Of a stretch of 64,000 nt of DNA, positions 37,861-48,523 are shown piece by piece; the first letter of the stretch is position 1; each line of letters begins with the position of its first letter. The position numbers were made by a program, and so were the translations under genes. The notes beneath the pieces were generated by a model. That model was not told the DNA's origin. It was given only the letters and a program-made list of their open reading frames with translations, and did no database searches. The DNA lies in assembly GCA_964467385.1 (NCBI GenBank), contig CAYXQC010000002.1, forward strand, positions 65,625 to 129,624, read 5' to 3'. Origin of the DNA: an uncultured Candidatus Saccharibacteria bacterium (GTDB taxonomy: Bacteria; Patescibacteriota; Minisyncoccia; Phycocordibacterales; CAIZLB01).

Positions 37861-39393
37861 CTACCTAGCGTACTCAGTCGCCCTGGTCTCTCGTATCACG
37901 TGAACCTTGATCTCACCAGGGTATCGGAGCTCCTCCTCGATGCTTTTAGCTATATTTTTAGCCATATTATGAGCTTGAAGGTCGTTTACATGGTCTGGAT
38001 GCACAAATACGCGGATTTCACGTCCTGCCTGTAGAGCATAGGCTTTTTCAACCCCTTGCTCTCTTTTAGCAATAGCTTCGAGATCCTCCAGGCGTTTAAT
38101 GTAGTTCTCAATATTATCCTTTCTTGCACCTGGACGCCCACCTGAAATGGCATCAGCAGTCTGTACGATTCGAGACTCGAGCGTTTCGTATGGATATTCT
38201 TCGTGATGTGCCTGCATGGCCTTCACAATTTCTTCTGAAGCTCCAAACTTTTGAAGAATCCTTCGGCCAATTTCCACATGGCTCCCTTGAACTTCGTGAT
38301 CGAGTGCTTTGCCAATATCGTGTACAAGCGCAGCAGTCTTTGCAACATTTACATTTGCACCGATCTCAGCAGCGAGCATTCCGGCAATGTGCGCCATTTC
38401 AATAGAGTGCTGGAGCACGTTGTGACCATAACTTGTTCGAAAATGCAGTCGGCCAAGGATAGCAACGATTCGCGGGTCGAGAGGTACAATTCCAGTTTCG
38501 AAAATTGCTCGCTCACCTTGTTCCTTAATTATTTTATTGATCTGCTCTTCGGCGTCTTGTACAGATTTTTCAATCTTAGCTGGCTGGATTCTTCCATCTT
38601 TGATCAATTCTTCAAGTGCTATTCGAGCAACTTGTCGGCGAATCGGATCATACGATGAAAGCATAATCGAGTCTGGATGTTCATCGACCAAAACTTCAAC
38701 ACCTGTTGCGCGCTCAAAGGCTTTGATGTTTCGGCCTTCTTTACCAATAATTTTGCCTTTATCTTCTGGTGATTGAATCGCTACATGTGTACTGAAAAAA
38801 TCAGCTGACACAGAAGTAGCAAGGCGCTGAATAGTTATAGCTAAAATATCTTTTGATTTTTGCTCAAGAGTTTCTTCAGAAAGTTTTTCAAGCTTGTAGA
38901 TACGATTTGTAAGTACTTGCTCTTGCTCTTTTTCAACTTTTGCCAAAAGATTTTCTAGGGCTTGCTCTCGAGTCATGCCAGAAACTTTCTGAAGCTCTGC
39001 ATCGATCTCTTTTGCGCCTGCGTCTACTTTATCTTTTATAGCTTTAATCTCTGAAATACGTAGCTTTATAGCCTCTATTTCGCTTGCGGTTTCCACTTCT
39101 TTTTGTTCGAGAAGTTCTTCTTTTTTATTTAATCTTTCTTCAGTTTTGATGAGTGAGTCTTCTTTTTCTTTTACTTGCTCACGTGAAGATTTGAGAATAT
39201 CTGCGGCCTTTTTCTCTGCATCGAGGATAAATTTTTCGGACTTTTCTCGAGCTTCGAGCATTGCTTTTTTAATGTCGAATTCGATTGAGTTTTTCTTGCT
39301 GAGTGCGACGAGGATTCTGATGAGGTAACCGATTGCAAATCCTACTCCTATACTAAGGGTGATGAGAACCAAGGCCATTTTTAGAGAAATCAT
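37861..39393 (-). CDS. rny: Ribonuclease Y
   Basis: N-terminal TM and coiled coil, KH domain (GKIIGKEGRNIKAFERATGVEVLV), and HD domain (ALVHDIGKA). Confidence 0.9.
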   Translation of the reverse strand: MISLKMALVLITLSIGVGFAIGYLIRILVALSKKNSIEFDIKKAMLEAREKSEKFILDAEKKAADILKSSREQVKEKEDSLIKTEERLNKKEELLEQKEVETASEIEAIKLRISEIKAIKDKVDAGAKEIDAELQKVSGMTREQALENLLAKVEKEQEQVLTNRIYKLEKLSEETLEQKSKDILAITIQRLATSVSADFFSTHVAIQSPEDKGKIIGKEGRNIKAFERATGVEVLVDEHPDSIMLSSYDPIRRQVARIALEELIKDGRIQPAKIEKSVQDAEEQINKIIKEQGERAIFETGIVPLDPRIVAILGRLHFRTSYGHNVLQHSIEMAHIAGMLAAEIGANVNVAKTAALVHDIGKALDHEVQGSHVEIGRRILQKFGASEEIVKAMQAHHEEYPYETLESRIVQTADAISGGRPGARKDNIENYIKRLEDLEAIAKREQGVEKAYALQAGREIRVFVHPDHVNDLQAHNMAKNIAKSIEEELRYPGEIKVHVIRETRATEYAR

Positions 39394-39496
39394 GGCGTTG
39401 TTTTATTTTTGTCTTGTTTAATAATTTTTTTTGTGCAATTTGTGCCCTAAGATTTTTTGCGTGGCAAAATTTGTAGTGCACAAAAACGGGAGAATA

Positions 39497-40066
39497 TTAG
39501 AGAACTTTGTCTACAATACCGTACTTCTTTGCGTCGTCTGCTGACATGTAGAAATCTCGGTCTGCATCTTTTTCGATTTTTGCGACCGTCTGGCCTGTAT
39601 TTTTTGCGAGCATCTTTATAAGGTTCTCTTTTGTTTTCAAAATTTGCCTTGCAGTAATTTCGATATCTGTAGCCTGGCCTTCAACACCGCCAAGTGGCTG
39701 ATGAATCATGATTTCTGAGTTTGGTAGTGCATATCTCTTTCCTTTCGCACCAGCAGAAAGAATCATTGCACCCATAGATGCTGCCATACCTACACAAACC
39801 GTAGATACATCATTTTTAATATGATTCATGGTGTCGATAATCGCTAGACCGTCTTTGACGTGACCTCCAGGTGAATTTACATAAAGAGTAATGTCCTTCT
39901 TTGGATTCTCGGCTTCTAGGAAAAGAAGTTGTGCAATAACTGTGTTTGAGATGTTGTTATCAATAGGGCCACCTAAAAACACAATATTCTCACGCAAGAG
40001 TCGTGAATAAATGTCGTATGCTCGCTCACCGTACTGTGATTTTTCGATAACTGTTGGAATTAACAT
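39497..40066 (-). CDS. clpP: ATP-dependent Clp protease proteolytic subunit
   Basis: Catalytic Ser/His context ([18 protein letters not shown]) and ClpP-length sequence. Confidence 0.9.
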   Translation of the reverse strand: MLIPTVIEKSQYGERAYDIYSRLLRENIVFLGGPIDNNISNTVIAQLLFLEAENPKKDITLYVNSPGGHVKDGLAIIDTMNHIKNDVSTVCVGMAASMGAMILSAGAKGKRYALPNSEIMIHQPLGGVEGQATDIEITARQILKTKENLIKMLAKNTGQTVAKIEKDADRDFYMSADDAKKYGIVDKVL

Positions 40067-40172
40067 GTTCGTTTGTTCTGTTTCAGAAGTTTAAATGAAT
40101 AAAAGAGGAGTTTCCGGTTGCTGTTTTGGTCTCGTTCTGATAGCCTGATAAGCGTACTATACTACATATTTT

Positions 40173-40973
40173 ATGAGATTGCACAGGTTCTATATTGGCA
40201 CGGCCGACATCATCGAAGGTATGCAAAACCACCTCGAAAACCCGTCTGGAAAGCCACAATCAGCACATGAATTAATCCAAAAACACATTGTTTTGGACGG
40301 TAATTTGTATAAACAGTACGAGCTCCTTATCCATCAGTGGCGAAACGTCTTTAAATACACAGCTGGTAGTCGAGTGATCCTTTTTGATGACAATAAAATT
40401 GAATATGAGTGTTTGATTGAGTCATTTAATGCTACACACAATAAAGTACAGCTCGCAGTAGTTCAATCTACGGAAATTCCTGTAGCCGATGAAAACCAGC
40501 AGATCTGGATGTTTGTTTCTATTCTCAAAGGTGAAAACTTTGATCTTGTTGTACAAAAACTCACCGAACTAGGCGTTCAAGGTATTGTACCTATTGTATG
40601 TGACCGAACTATCAAAAAGAGTATTAACCAAACGCGTGTACAAAAAATAGCTACAGAAGCAGCGGAGCAATCAGGTAGAGTTGATGTACCTATTGTTTCT
40701 GAGCCTGTTGATCTCGGTCCTGCCATTCAAGAATTCCTAGAAAAAGGTGGAGAACCTGTTGTCTGTCATCAAAGAGGCCATGATTGGAAATATGTTTCAG
40801 AATCTTTTAGAAAATATCCACTCGGATTTATTGTTGGTCCAGAAGGTGGGTGGAGTGATAGAGAAGAAGAATTCTTTAGAAAACTTGGCCTAAAATCTGT
40901 GAAATTCTCTGACAATGTGCTTCGTGCTGAAACGGCAGCGATAGGTATTGCAACTTTGGCGAAGAGTATGTAG
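40173..40973 (+). CDS. rsmE: 16S rRNA (uracil1498-N3)-methyltransferase
   Basis: RLHRFYIG N-terminal PUA-like start and the SPOUT C-terminus (GPEGGWSDRE). Confidence 0.8.
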   Translation: MRLHRFYIGTADIIEGMQNHLENPSGKPQSAHELIQKHIVLDGNLYKQYELLIHQWRNVFKYTAGSRVILFDDNKIEYECLIESFNATHNKVQLAVVQSTEIPVADENQQIWMFVSILKGENFDLVVQKLTELGVQGIVPIVCDRTIKKSINQTRVQKIATEAAEQSGRVDVPIVSEPVDLGPAIQEFLEKGGEPVVCHQRGHDWKYVSESFRKYPLGFIVGPEGGWSDREEEFFRKLGLKSVKFSDNVLRAETAAIGIATLAKSM

Positions 40974-41085
40974 TTTTGGCCAAACAAATCTGTTCTTCTA
41001 AAACAAAAAAGTGACCACTTTCGTGACCAGCTTTTTTGTTTATAAATTTAGCTTCGCTATTTGTGTACCTTAGAAAATGCGAAAT

Positions 41086-42150
41086 TTACTTACCTTGCTC
41101 CTCCAACCACTGCCAAACTTTTTCGTTCAAGAGCACCGTTTCAACGTAGATTTCAGCACGAGTTCTATCTGCATCTTTGTACATTTGCATGATCTGCTCA
41201 ACTTCTTTCTTGATTTCATCTTCGCTCGCTGTGATTTTTTCATCGAGAGCAATTTGATTCAAGATGAGTTGAGTCTTTGCTCGCTTCTCTGCATCAGGTG
41301 TCCATTCTTTTCGAAGCTCCTCGATAGTTTTACCGATGTGCTTTAGATATGTCTCAATGTTAAGTCCCATCTGAGAAATATTTGCACCGAGTTCGTGAAC
41401 CATTTTTCCGAGTTCTGATTCAACGAGAAGTTTCGGCATGCTGATATCTGCATCTTTCATAACCTCGTCCATGATTGTTAGTCGCTTCTTTTCTTTTTCC
41501 TTTCGGGTTTTTTCAGCTGTGATGCCTTCTTTCACTTTTTCTTTGAAAGCTTCAACAGTTTCAAAAGGACCGAATTTCTTGATGAATTCGAGATCTATTT
41601 CTGGAAGTGCAAGCTCACCATGGTCATGTCCGTGATCATCTGGATTATTCTTGTGATGGTCTACATGTGCAACCTGCTTCTGGAGATCTGTGATAGCCTC
41701 CTCGATTTCCTTATCAGTAACAACAACTTCAGCCTTTTCTGACATTATCTTTTTAGCAATAGCCTTGTAACCTTTGAGTTTTACTTCAGGCATTGTGGCA
41801 GTTTTGATTTTAAAACCAAACGCTTCACCTGGAGCTACCTTAGTAATAGTTACCGCAGGAGATCCAAGAGGTTTTACATCTTTATCCTCGATTCCTTTTT
41901 TAATAATGTCACTGTAGTTTGCTTCAAGTGCCATTCGTCCAGCTTCTTCTATGATCGCTACTTCTCCAAATCGATCAACAACAATCTTTTCTGGAATGTG
42001 ACCTGGTCGAAAACCATCAACTCGAGCTTCGAGTGAAAGTTCCTTGATGGCTTTATCTCGAAACGTTTTTACGACATCGGCTTGAATTTCACCTTCGATT
42101 TCATATTCGCTATCTGGAAGAGCTGTGTGTTTTGTGATTTTAAATGACAT
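41086..42150 (-). CDS. tig: Trigger factor (short form)
   Basis: N-terminal ribosome-binding domain (GFRPGHIPEKIV) and a PPIase-like middle region. It sits adjacent to clpP. Confidence 0.8.
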   Translation of the reverse strand: MSFKITKHTALPDSEYEIEGEIQADVVKTFRDKAIKELSLEARVDGFRPGHIPEKIVVDRFGEVAIIEEAGRMALEANYSDIIKKGIEDKDVKPLGSPAVTITKVAPGEAFGFKIKTATMPEVKLKGYKAIAKKIMSEKAEVVVTDKEIEEAITDLQKQVAHVDHHKNNPDDHGHDHGELALPEIDLEFIKKFGPFETVEAFKEKVKEGITAEKTRKEKEKKRLTIMDEVMKDADISMPKLLVESELGKMVHELGANISQMGLNIETYLKHIGKTIEELRKEWTPDAEKRAKTQLILNQIALDEKITASEDEIKKEVEQIMQMYKDADRTRAEIYVETVLLNEKVWQWLEEQGK

Positions 42151-42197
42151 GATTTATGTTCGAGTATTAATTTTTTATAGAGAATTCAGATCGCAAT

Positions 42198-43421
42198 TTA
42201 TGCTGTAGCTTCTTCTGTAATTTCAGGCGCATCAATTTCTACGGCATCAGCAATAGTTGGCTCATTAACACCAGCCATTTTATCTGAATCTACACCTTCA
42301 ACTGTTTCATCAACTTTTTTTCCGGCTGACTGAATATCAATTCTCCAACCTGTAAGTTTCGCTGCAAGTCGTACATTCTGTCCGCCTTTACCGATCGCGA
42401 GTGACTGCTGATCTTCTGTTACTACGACTCGTGCAGTTTTTGCTACATCGTCGATTGTTACGCTTACAACTTCAGCAGGTGAGAGTGCGTCACGAATAAA
42501 GTCAGAAGGGTTTTCTGACCACTCGATAATGTCGATTTTTTCATTTCCACCAAGTTCGCTCATAACTGTAAGAACTCGAACACCTCGCTGTCCAACCATA
42601 GAACCGATTGGATCAATATGTGAATCAGCTGAATGAACAGCAACCTTTGATCGCTGACCAGCTTCTCGTGCGATAGCCTTAATTTCCACTGTACCTGCAA
42701 CAATTTCTGGAACTTCAACTTTGAAAAGTTCAGCCAAGAATCGTGGGTGTGATCGTGAAAGTCTCACGAAAATACCTCGTGGAGTTTCTTCAACTCGAAG
42801 AAGAATCATTCGGAGTCGTTCACCTTGCTTGTAGTGTTCGCCAGGAATTTGTTCTTCATATGGAAGCATACCAACTGCTCGGCCCATATCGATGAATACA
42901 TTACCTCGTTCAATTCGCTGTACAGTTCCAGAAACAATTTCACCTTCTTTCTTTCCGTATTCAGCAAGAACAGAAGTCTTTTCCGCTTCTCGGATCTTCT
43001 GGATGATTACCTGCTTAGCAGTCTGAGCTGCAATTCGTCCGAAATCATCTTTGTATTCAAGATCGAATACGATTTCTTCACCAACCTGTGCACCTTTTTT
43101 GATAAGTTTAGCAGTATCAATAAGGATGTGTCGTTCATCATTAAAAAGTACCTTTTCTTCACCTTCAGCAGGGGCCTCAGGAAGATCAGCTTTGTCATAT
43201 ACAACCTGAGAAGGGTCAACGATTACTTTGACCTGGAAGAATTCAGTTTTACCAGTGGCCACGTCAAAATTAGCCCGAATATACTGGTCTTTTCGGCCGT
43301 ACTCTTTCTTATAAGCAGTAGCGAGAGCCATTTCGATAGCCTCGAGGATTTTAGCTCGAGGAATACCTCGCTCTTCTTCGAGTTGGTCTAGCACTGAGTG
43401 GATTACTTTAAGGTCAAACAT
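42198..43421 (-). CDS. nusA: Transcription termination/antitermination factor NusA
   Basis: NusA N-terminal domain, S1 domain and two KH domains (GSMVGQRGVRV, AIGKGGQNVRLA). Confidence 0.9.
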   Translation of the reverse strand: MFDLKVIHSVLDQLEEERGIPRAKILEAIEMALATAYKKEYGRKDQYIRANFDVATGKTEFFQVKVIVDPSQVVYDKADLPEAPAEGEEKVLFNDERHILIDTAKLIKKGAQVGEEIVFDLEYKDDFGRIAAQTAKQVIIQKIREAEKTSVLAEYGKKEGEIVSGTVQRIERGNVFIDMGRAVGMLPYEEQIPGEHYKQGERLRMILLRVEETPRGIFVRLSRSHPRFLAELFKVEVPEIVAGTVEIKAIAREAGQRSKVAVHSADSHIDPIGSMVGQRGVRVLTVMSELGGNEKIDIIEWSENPSDFIRDALSPAEVVSVTIDDVAKTARVVVTEDQQSLAIGKGGQNVRLAAKLTGWRIDIQSAGKKVDETVEGVDSDKMAGVNEPTIADAVEIDAPEITEEATA

Positions 43422-43644
43422 ATTGATTTGTATATTAAATTTTTAGTTTTTACCCGTGTGCCGCGTTTTATGGCCTGATTTTAAGCCATTTTTGTGCAAT
43501 TCAGGTAAATTTCATCAAAAAAACGAGCCCGCCTTGTGGGCGCGCTGTTTCAGATATAGATATTATACATATATATAGGTGTTTGTATAGGGAGTTTAGT
43601 CAAAAGGTTGTTTTTGTGCAAGGGTCATTTTCCTAGGGAAAGTA

Positions 43645-43674
43645 TTGACTATATTGGTATATGTACTGTATAAT
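43645..43674 (+). promoter_or_regulatory. Near-consensus sigma70-type promoter (TTGACT, 18-nt spacer, TGn-TATAAT)
   Basis: TTGACT at 43645..43650 and TGTATAAT ending at 43674. It lies in the divergent spacer between nusA and the small membrane-protein gene. Confidence 0.4.
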
Positions 43675-43777
43675 ATGTTTCCATAAGGCTCGTGTTACCA
43701 AGGGTTCAAAAAATGGCTTACCTAAGCCGTTACCTGCGATTTACGAGTCTTCCACTGAAACTCAGCCTATCCGCACT

Positions 43778-44122
43778 ATGTACCTCAAAAATGTTCGCCG
43801 GAGCAATCAGCTCCTCTTTCAAGTTGTCATGACCGTGTTGGCCATGATCCTTGCTTGCAGCTTTATCGCCGCTCGCACCGGAATCAATGTCGTGGTCATT
43901 GCGATCACTGCGATTCTCTTCGTTCTTGGAACCTTGGTCCTCGAGGTTCGTTTCAAGTGGACAAATCGCCGTCTTATCCGGCTTGGGAAACTCATCGGAT
44001 CTCTGTGCCAGTTGGCAGAGATTAAAATCAGGATCATTCGTCTTCGGCGTGATCTTGCGCTCGAAAAAGAAATCCTGGGTTTCCGCTTCAACCGGCTACT
44101 TGATCTTCGCCTCTGGCACTAG
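43778..44122 (+). CDS. Small hydrophobic membrane protein. The ORF-track start at 43661 overlaps the promoter and is probably over-extended
   Basis: About 114 aa from MYLKNVRR with two TM helices. A Rho-independent-type terminator lies at 44154..44192 (CGGCTG...CAGCCGG plus T-run). Confidence 0.35.
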   Translation: MYLKNVRRSNQLLFQVVMTVLAMILACSFIAARTGINVVVIAITAILFVLGTLVLEVRFKWTNRRLIRLGKLIGSLCQLAEIKIRIIRLRRDLALEKEILGFRFNRLLDLRLWH

Positions 44123-44355
44123 TTACCACGCATCGATCAAAAAACCAAAAACATCGGCTGTCTCATCACGAGGCAGCCGGTTTCTTTTTTGTAATATTTC
44201 ACATAGATTATTTTCAATGGATCATCCTTTCAAAGATTTTATAGATTCTTGATGGAAAATTCATCATCGTGTCGCCATATTACTTTCCACATTCTCGCAG
44301 GAAAAATAAACAAATTTTTTCACAATCTCTGCTATAATTTATCTAACAAAGAACT

Positions 44356-46155
44356 ATGTACATTGCACCGGAGCAATTGAAAAAGTATATTCTCGACGCG
44401 AAAATTGTATCGCGTGAGGATCTTGAAGCTGCTGAAACTGAAGCAGAGAAAAATAAACAGGATGTTGGTGAAGTGTTGGTGTCGCAAGGAAAAATTTCTG
44501 AGGATGATTTTCGACGAATGCAGGCACATGTGATGGGAATTCCTTTTGTTGATTTGAAAAATCAGAAACTTGAATTTGAAGTCCTTGCACTTATTCCTGA
44601 GCCAATTGCGCGAAATCATAACATTGTGGCATTTAAGAAAAATGCTGATAATGCCAATCAACCAGGTTCTGAGGCGACTCTTGAGGTGGCAATGCTCGAT
44701 ACAGATGATCTTGGTGCCATCGATTTTATTAAGAAAAAAACTGGACTGAAGATTTTGCCACGACTTACGAATACTGAGTCGATGAAGTCTGCACTTATTC
44801 AGTATCAAAAAAGTTTGAAAGCAGATTTTGGTGACATCATTCAGCAGGAAGCTGCATCACTTAAAGTGACTATAGAAGGTGAGGCGAGTAATGTAGGTGA
44901 AGCTGGTGCTGAAGCTACTGGCGATGATTTGAAAAAATTGGCAGAAGATCTACCAGTGGTGCGTATTGTAGACACTTTACTGAAGCACGCTGCTCTTCAA
45001 AACGCTTCTGATATTCACATAGAACAGTCAGAGTTTGAGGTGGTTGTTCGATATCGAATCGACGGTATGCTTCACGACGCCATGATTTTGCCGAAGTCCG
45101 CAGGTGCCAGCATTATTGCGCGTATCAAAGTACTTTCTAACTTGAAGCTTGATGAAAAAAGACTTCCACAAGATGGACGATTTAGAATTGAACTTAATGG
45201 CGAAAAAATTTCTTTCCGTGTTTCTATTTTGCCGACATACTTTGGCGAAAAAATTGTAATGCGACTTCTTCGAGAAAGTGTTTCTGGGTTCACACTTGAG
45301 AAACTTGGTTTTCATGGACGTGATCTGGAGATTCTTCATGAGGCCTCTGGGATGTCAGAGGGTTTGATTCTTACAACTGGTCCAACTGGTTCAGGAAAAA
45401 GCACTACATTGTATACGATGCTTGATCTTGTAAATACGCCCGATGTAAATATTTCAACAGTAGAAGATCCGGTGGAATATCAGATGAAGCGAGTAAATCA
45501 AACTCAGATTCGATCTGAAATAGGTCTAACATTTGCCTCAGGTCTTCGATCACTTCTTCGACAAGATCCAGACATTATTATGGTGGGAGAAATTCGAGAC
45601 AATGAAACGGCGTCTTTAGGTATCAATGCTGCACTTACAGGCCACTTGGTACTTTCGACTCTTCACACTAACTCTGCAGCTGGTGCTATTCCACGATTGA
45701 TGGATATGAAATGTGAGCCATTCCTTCTCGTATCTACTTTGAAAATTGTGATTGCACAGCGGCTTGTCCGACATCTAGGAAATTCAAAAGAGCAATACAT
45801 TTTGAGTAAAGAAGAACTAGCTTCTATTTCAAAGAAAATTAATATGGATAATGTACTTAAGGCCCTTCGTGAGGAAAAAATTGTTGGACCAAAAGATGAT
45901 TGGTCTACTATTCCGTTTTATAAGCCGAAGCCTGATGCAGAAAGTGAGGATGGATATCATGGGCGATTAGGTATTCATGAAGTGCTTCGAATCTCGCCAA
46001 CTATCAAAGATATCATTATGAAAAATGGTACAAGTGATGATATTGAGAAGCAAGCGCGAGCAGAAGGTATGATGACTATGATTGAGGACGGTATATTCAA
46101 GGCGGTGCAGGGTCTGACTTCGATCGAAGAAATTCTTCGAGTGGTTTCGGAGTAG
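44356..46155 (+). CDS. pilB: Type IV pilus assembly ATPase PilB (GspE family)
   Basis: N-terminal GSPII_E_N-like domain, Walker A GPTGSGKSTT, Asp/His boxes, Walker B IIMVGEIRD. Confidence 0.9.
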   Translation: MYIAPEQLKKYILDAKIVSREDLEAAETEAEKNKQDVGEVLVSQGKISEDDFRRMQAHVMGIPFVDLKNQKLEFEVLALIPEPIARNHNIVAFKKNADNANQPGSEATLEVAMLDTDDLGAIDFIKKKTGLKILPRLTNTESMKSALIQYQKSLKADFGDIIQQEAASLKVTIEGEASNVGEAGAEATGDDLKKLAEDLPVVRIVDTLLKHAALQNASDIHIEQSEFEVVVRYRIDGMLHDAMILPKSAGASIIARIKVLSNLKLDEKRLPQDGRFRIELNGEKISFRVSILPTYFGEKIVMRLLRESVSGFTLEKLGFHGRDLEILHEASGMSEGLILTTGPTGSGKSTTLYTMLDLVNTPDVNISTVEDPVEYQMKRVNQTQIRSEIGLTFASGLRSLLRQDPDIIMVGEIRDNETASLGINAALTGHLVLSTLHTNSAAGAIPRLMDMKCEPFLLVSTLKIVIAQRLVRHLGNSKEQYILSKEELASISKKINMDNVLKALREEKIVGPKDDWSTIPFYKPKPDAESEDGYHGRLGIHEVLRISPTIKDIIMKNGTSDDIEKQARAEGMMTMIEDGIFKAVQGLTSIEEILRVVSE

Positions 46156-46224
46156 TCGGCGTTGATAGATTTTGCTTGGCACTTGAGTTGCGCAAAGATC
46201 TGGTAAAATTTTTAGAATATTTTT

Positions 46225-47439
46225 ATGAAATTTTCATACACAGCTATTAACAAGGATGGTCAAAAATACACTTCTACGATTGAAGCTAGTGATAAAGCTG
46301 GTTTTTATACTGAGTTTAGAAAAGTGGGAGATGTGCTTGTGGCCGTAAAGGAATCATCTGAAATAAAAAAGAAAGGTCTTTCAATGGAAATCACCTGGTT
46401 TGAGCATGCAAAAGTGATGGATAAGATTATTTTTGCCCGAAATCTCGGAAACATGCTCGATGCAGGACTTTCACTTTCTCGGGCAATCACCGTGATGGAG
46501 CGACAATCAAAAAGTCCACTTTTGAAACGAACTTATACTGGACTTAATGAATCTATTTCTTCTGGGAAAAGTTTTCATGAGGCACTCGATATGTATCCAA
46601 AGGTTTTCCCTAAGCTCTTTGTGGCTATGGCTAAAGTGGGTGAGGAAGGTGGAAATCTTGCCGAGACACTTCGACAAGTAGGTAATCAAATGGAGAAGAG
46701 CTACATGCTTACAAAGAAGGTTAAAGGTGCGATGATGTATCCGTCTATTATCATTGGTGTGATGATTACAATTGCCATTCTCATGATGATTTATGTGGTA
46801 CCAGGACTGACAAATACATTCAAAGAGCTCAAAGTGCCACTTCCGACTTCTACCAAGGTGATTATAGCTATTAGTGATTTTGTTTCGGCTCATTACATTA
46901 TTACGCTCGGTGGATTTATTGCACTTGTGATTGCACTTATCTTCGCAGGAAAAACTAAAGTCGGCGCGCGAGCATATGACTTTGTCTCTCTTAAGGTGCC
47001 TGTGATAAGTACTATCGTAAAAGAAGGAAATTCTGCACAAACCGCTCGTACACTTTCATCACTTCTGACATCGGGAGTAGATATGCTTTTAGCGGTAAAG
47101 ATCACCGGGGAGGTGTTGCAAAATAGCTATTATAAAAAAGTGATGGAGGATAGTCAGATTGTGATAGAAAAAGGAGAACCTCTCTCAACTATATTTGTAA
47201 AAGAAGAAAAGTTGTATCCAATTTTTGTAGGAGAAATGATGAGTGTAGGAGAAGAAACTGGCCGAATGGCACCAATGCTTGCTGGTGTTGCCACATTTTA
47301 TGAAAATGAAGTTGAGCAAAAAACTAAAGATCTCTCTACAATTATTGAACCAATCTTGATGGTGTTTATAGGTGCGTCAGTAGGATTCTTCGCTATCTCG
47401 ATGATTAAGCCGATCTATTCGATTATGAATAATGTATAA
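46225..47439 (+). CDS. pilC: Type IV pilus inner-membrane platform protein PilC (GspF family)
   Basis: 404 aa with a duplicated GspF-type domain and 3 TM regions. It lies immediately downstream of pilB. Confidence 0.85.
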   Translation: MKFSYTAINKDGQKYTSTIEASDKAGFYTEFRKVGDVLVAVKESSEIKKKGLSMEITWFEHAKVMDKIIFARNLGNMLDAGLSLSRAITVMERQSKSPLLKRTYTGLNESISSGKSFHEALDMYPKVFPKLFVAMAKVGEEGGNLAETLRQVGNQMEKSYMLTKKVKGAMMYPSIIIGVMITIAILMMIYVVPGLTNTFKELKVPLPTSTKVIIAISDFVSAHYIITLGGFIALVIALIFAGKTKVGARAYDFVSLKVPVISTIVKEGNSAQTARTLSSLLTSGVDMLLAVKITGEVLQNSYYKKVMEDSQIVIEKGEPLSTIFVKEEKLYPIFVGEMMSVGEETGRMAPMLAGVATFYENEVEQKTKDLSTIIEPILMVFIGASVGFFAISMIKPIYSIMNNV

Positions 47440-47447
47440 TATTATTT

Positions 47448-47969
47448 GTGATGTCACCTCATTTGTTCAATACATATAAGCCTGTCGGAAAAAATAAACT
47501 CTTTCAGCAAGGTTTTAGCAGAGGATTTAGTCTGATTGAGATGATTATAGTGTTTGGAATCGTCGCTTTAATTGCACAAATATCTATCTCTACATTTGTA
47601 AATGTTTCAAATAATCAGTCACTCGAGAAGGACGTAAACTATGCTGTCTCAATGATCGAAAGGGCTCGAACACAGACTATTAATGCAAAAAACAATAGTC
47701 AATTTGGTATAAAGTTTGCCAGTTCGACTGTGACTCTGTTCCAAGGAACCACATATAATGCAAACTCAGCTTCAAATACAGTCTTTGCATTGTCTTCAAA
47801 AGTTGAAATTGCTGCAATTAATTTAACTGGTGGAGTGTCACAGGCGACTTTTGAATTCATCACAGGGAAGTCAAATGCAACAGGTACAGTTAGGTTCAGA
47901 TTGAAGCAAGATGCTAATTCTTCAAGTACTATCATGTTACATAAGACTGGATTCGCCGAGATTCTATAA
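47448..47969 (+). CDS. Type IV pilin-like protein (prepilin N-terminus)
   Basis: Class III signal G^FSLIEMIIVFGIVALIA, a Gly followed by a hydrophobic helix with Glu at +5. Confidence 0.6.
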   Translation: MMSPHLFNTYKPVGKNKLFQQGFSRGFSLIEMIIVFGIVALIAQISISTFVNVSNNQSLEKDVNYAVSMIERARTQTINAKNNSQFGIKFASSTVTLFQGTTYNANSASNTVFALSSKVEIAAINLTGGVSQATFEFITGKSNATGTVRFRLKQDANSSSTIMLHKTGFAEIL

Positions 47970-47980
47970 AAACTATCGTT

Positions 47981-48508
47981 ATGATTTTCAAAAAGCATCT
48001 AAAAAGTGATAGGGGTATAAAAAGTAATGCGAGCGGTGTCAGTATTGTCGAAGTGCTTGTTGCATCAGCAATCATCATGTCTTCGGTCGTTGCAATTATG
48101 GGTGTATATAGTGGTTTGACTTCTATTTCAGTTCGAAATACGGCAAAAGTACAAGCAGGAATGCTTCTCGATGAGGGAGCTGAAGCACTTAGGTTTATGA
48201 GAGATGTGAGCTGGTCAACCAACATTAACCCTCTGGTAAATGGTACTACGTATAGGTTGTACTGGGATTATAGTGTGAGTAACTATGGTTGGAGAGCAAC
48301 TACTACACAAGCGCTCATAGATGATGAGTTTGATCGAACTTTTGTGCTCTCCTCTGTAAGTCGAGATGCGAGTAATAACATAGTGACATCTGGAGGGACC
48401 ACAGATACAGGTACTCGGAAAGCTACTATTACTGTATCTTGGTTCGATAAGACAGCTACGACGTCAAAGTCAATTCAGATGTATTTGTATAATACATACA
48501 ATAGATAA
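47981..48508 (+). CDS. Type IV pilin-like protein (minor pilin candidate)
   Basis: Basic N-terminal leader, then SGVSIVEVLVASAIIMSSVVAIM with Glu at +5 relative to the putative cleavage site. Confidence 0.5.
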   Translation: MIFKKHLKSDRGIKSNASGVSIVEVLVASAIIMSSVVAIMGVYSGLTSISVRNTAKVQAGMLLDEGAEALRFMRDVSWSTNINPLVNGTTYRLYWDYSVSNYGWRATTTQALIDDEFDRTFVLSSVSRDASNNIVTSGGTTDTGTRKATITVSWFDKTATTSKSIQMYLYNTYNR

Positions 48509-48523
48509 GAGCACATCATAGAT

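Noticed and set aside
41077-41346. 89-aa plus-strand ORF overlapping the 3' end of tig
   Set aside because: It is antisense to trigger factor and has no supporting features.
44332-44808. 158-aa minus-strand ORF inside pilB
   Set aside because: It is fully antisense to the conserved PilB N-terminal domain. It has a Lys/Ile/Phe-rich low-complexity translation typical of AT-rich antisense frames.
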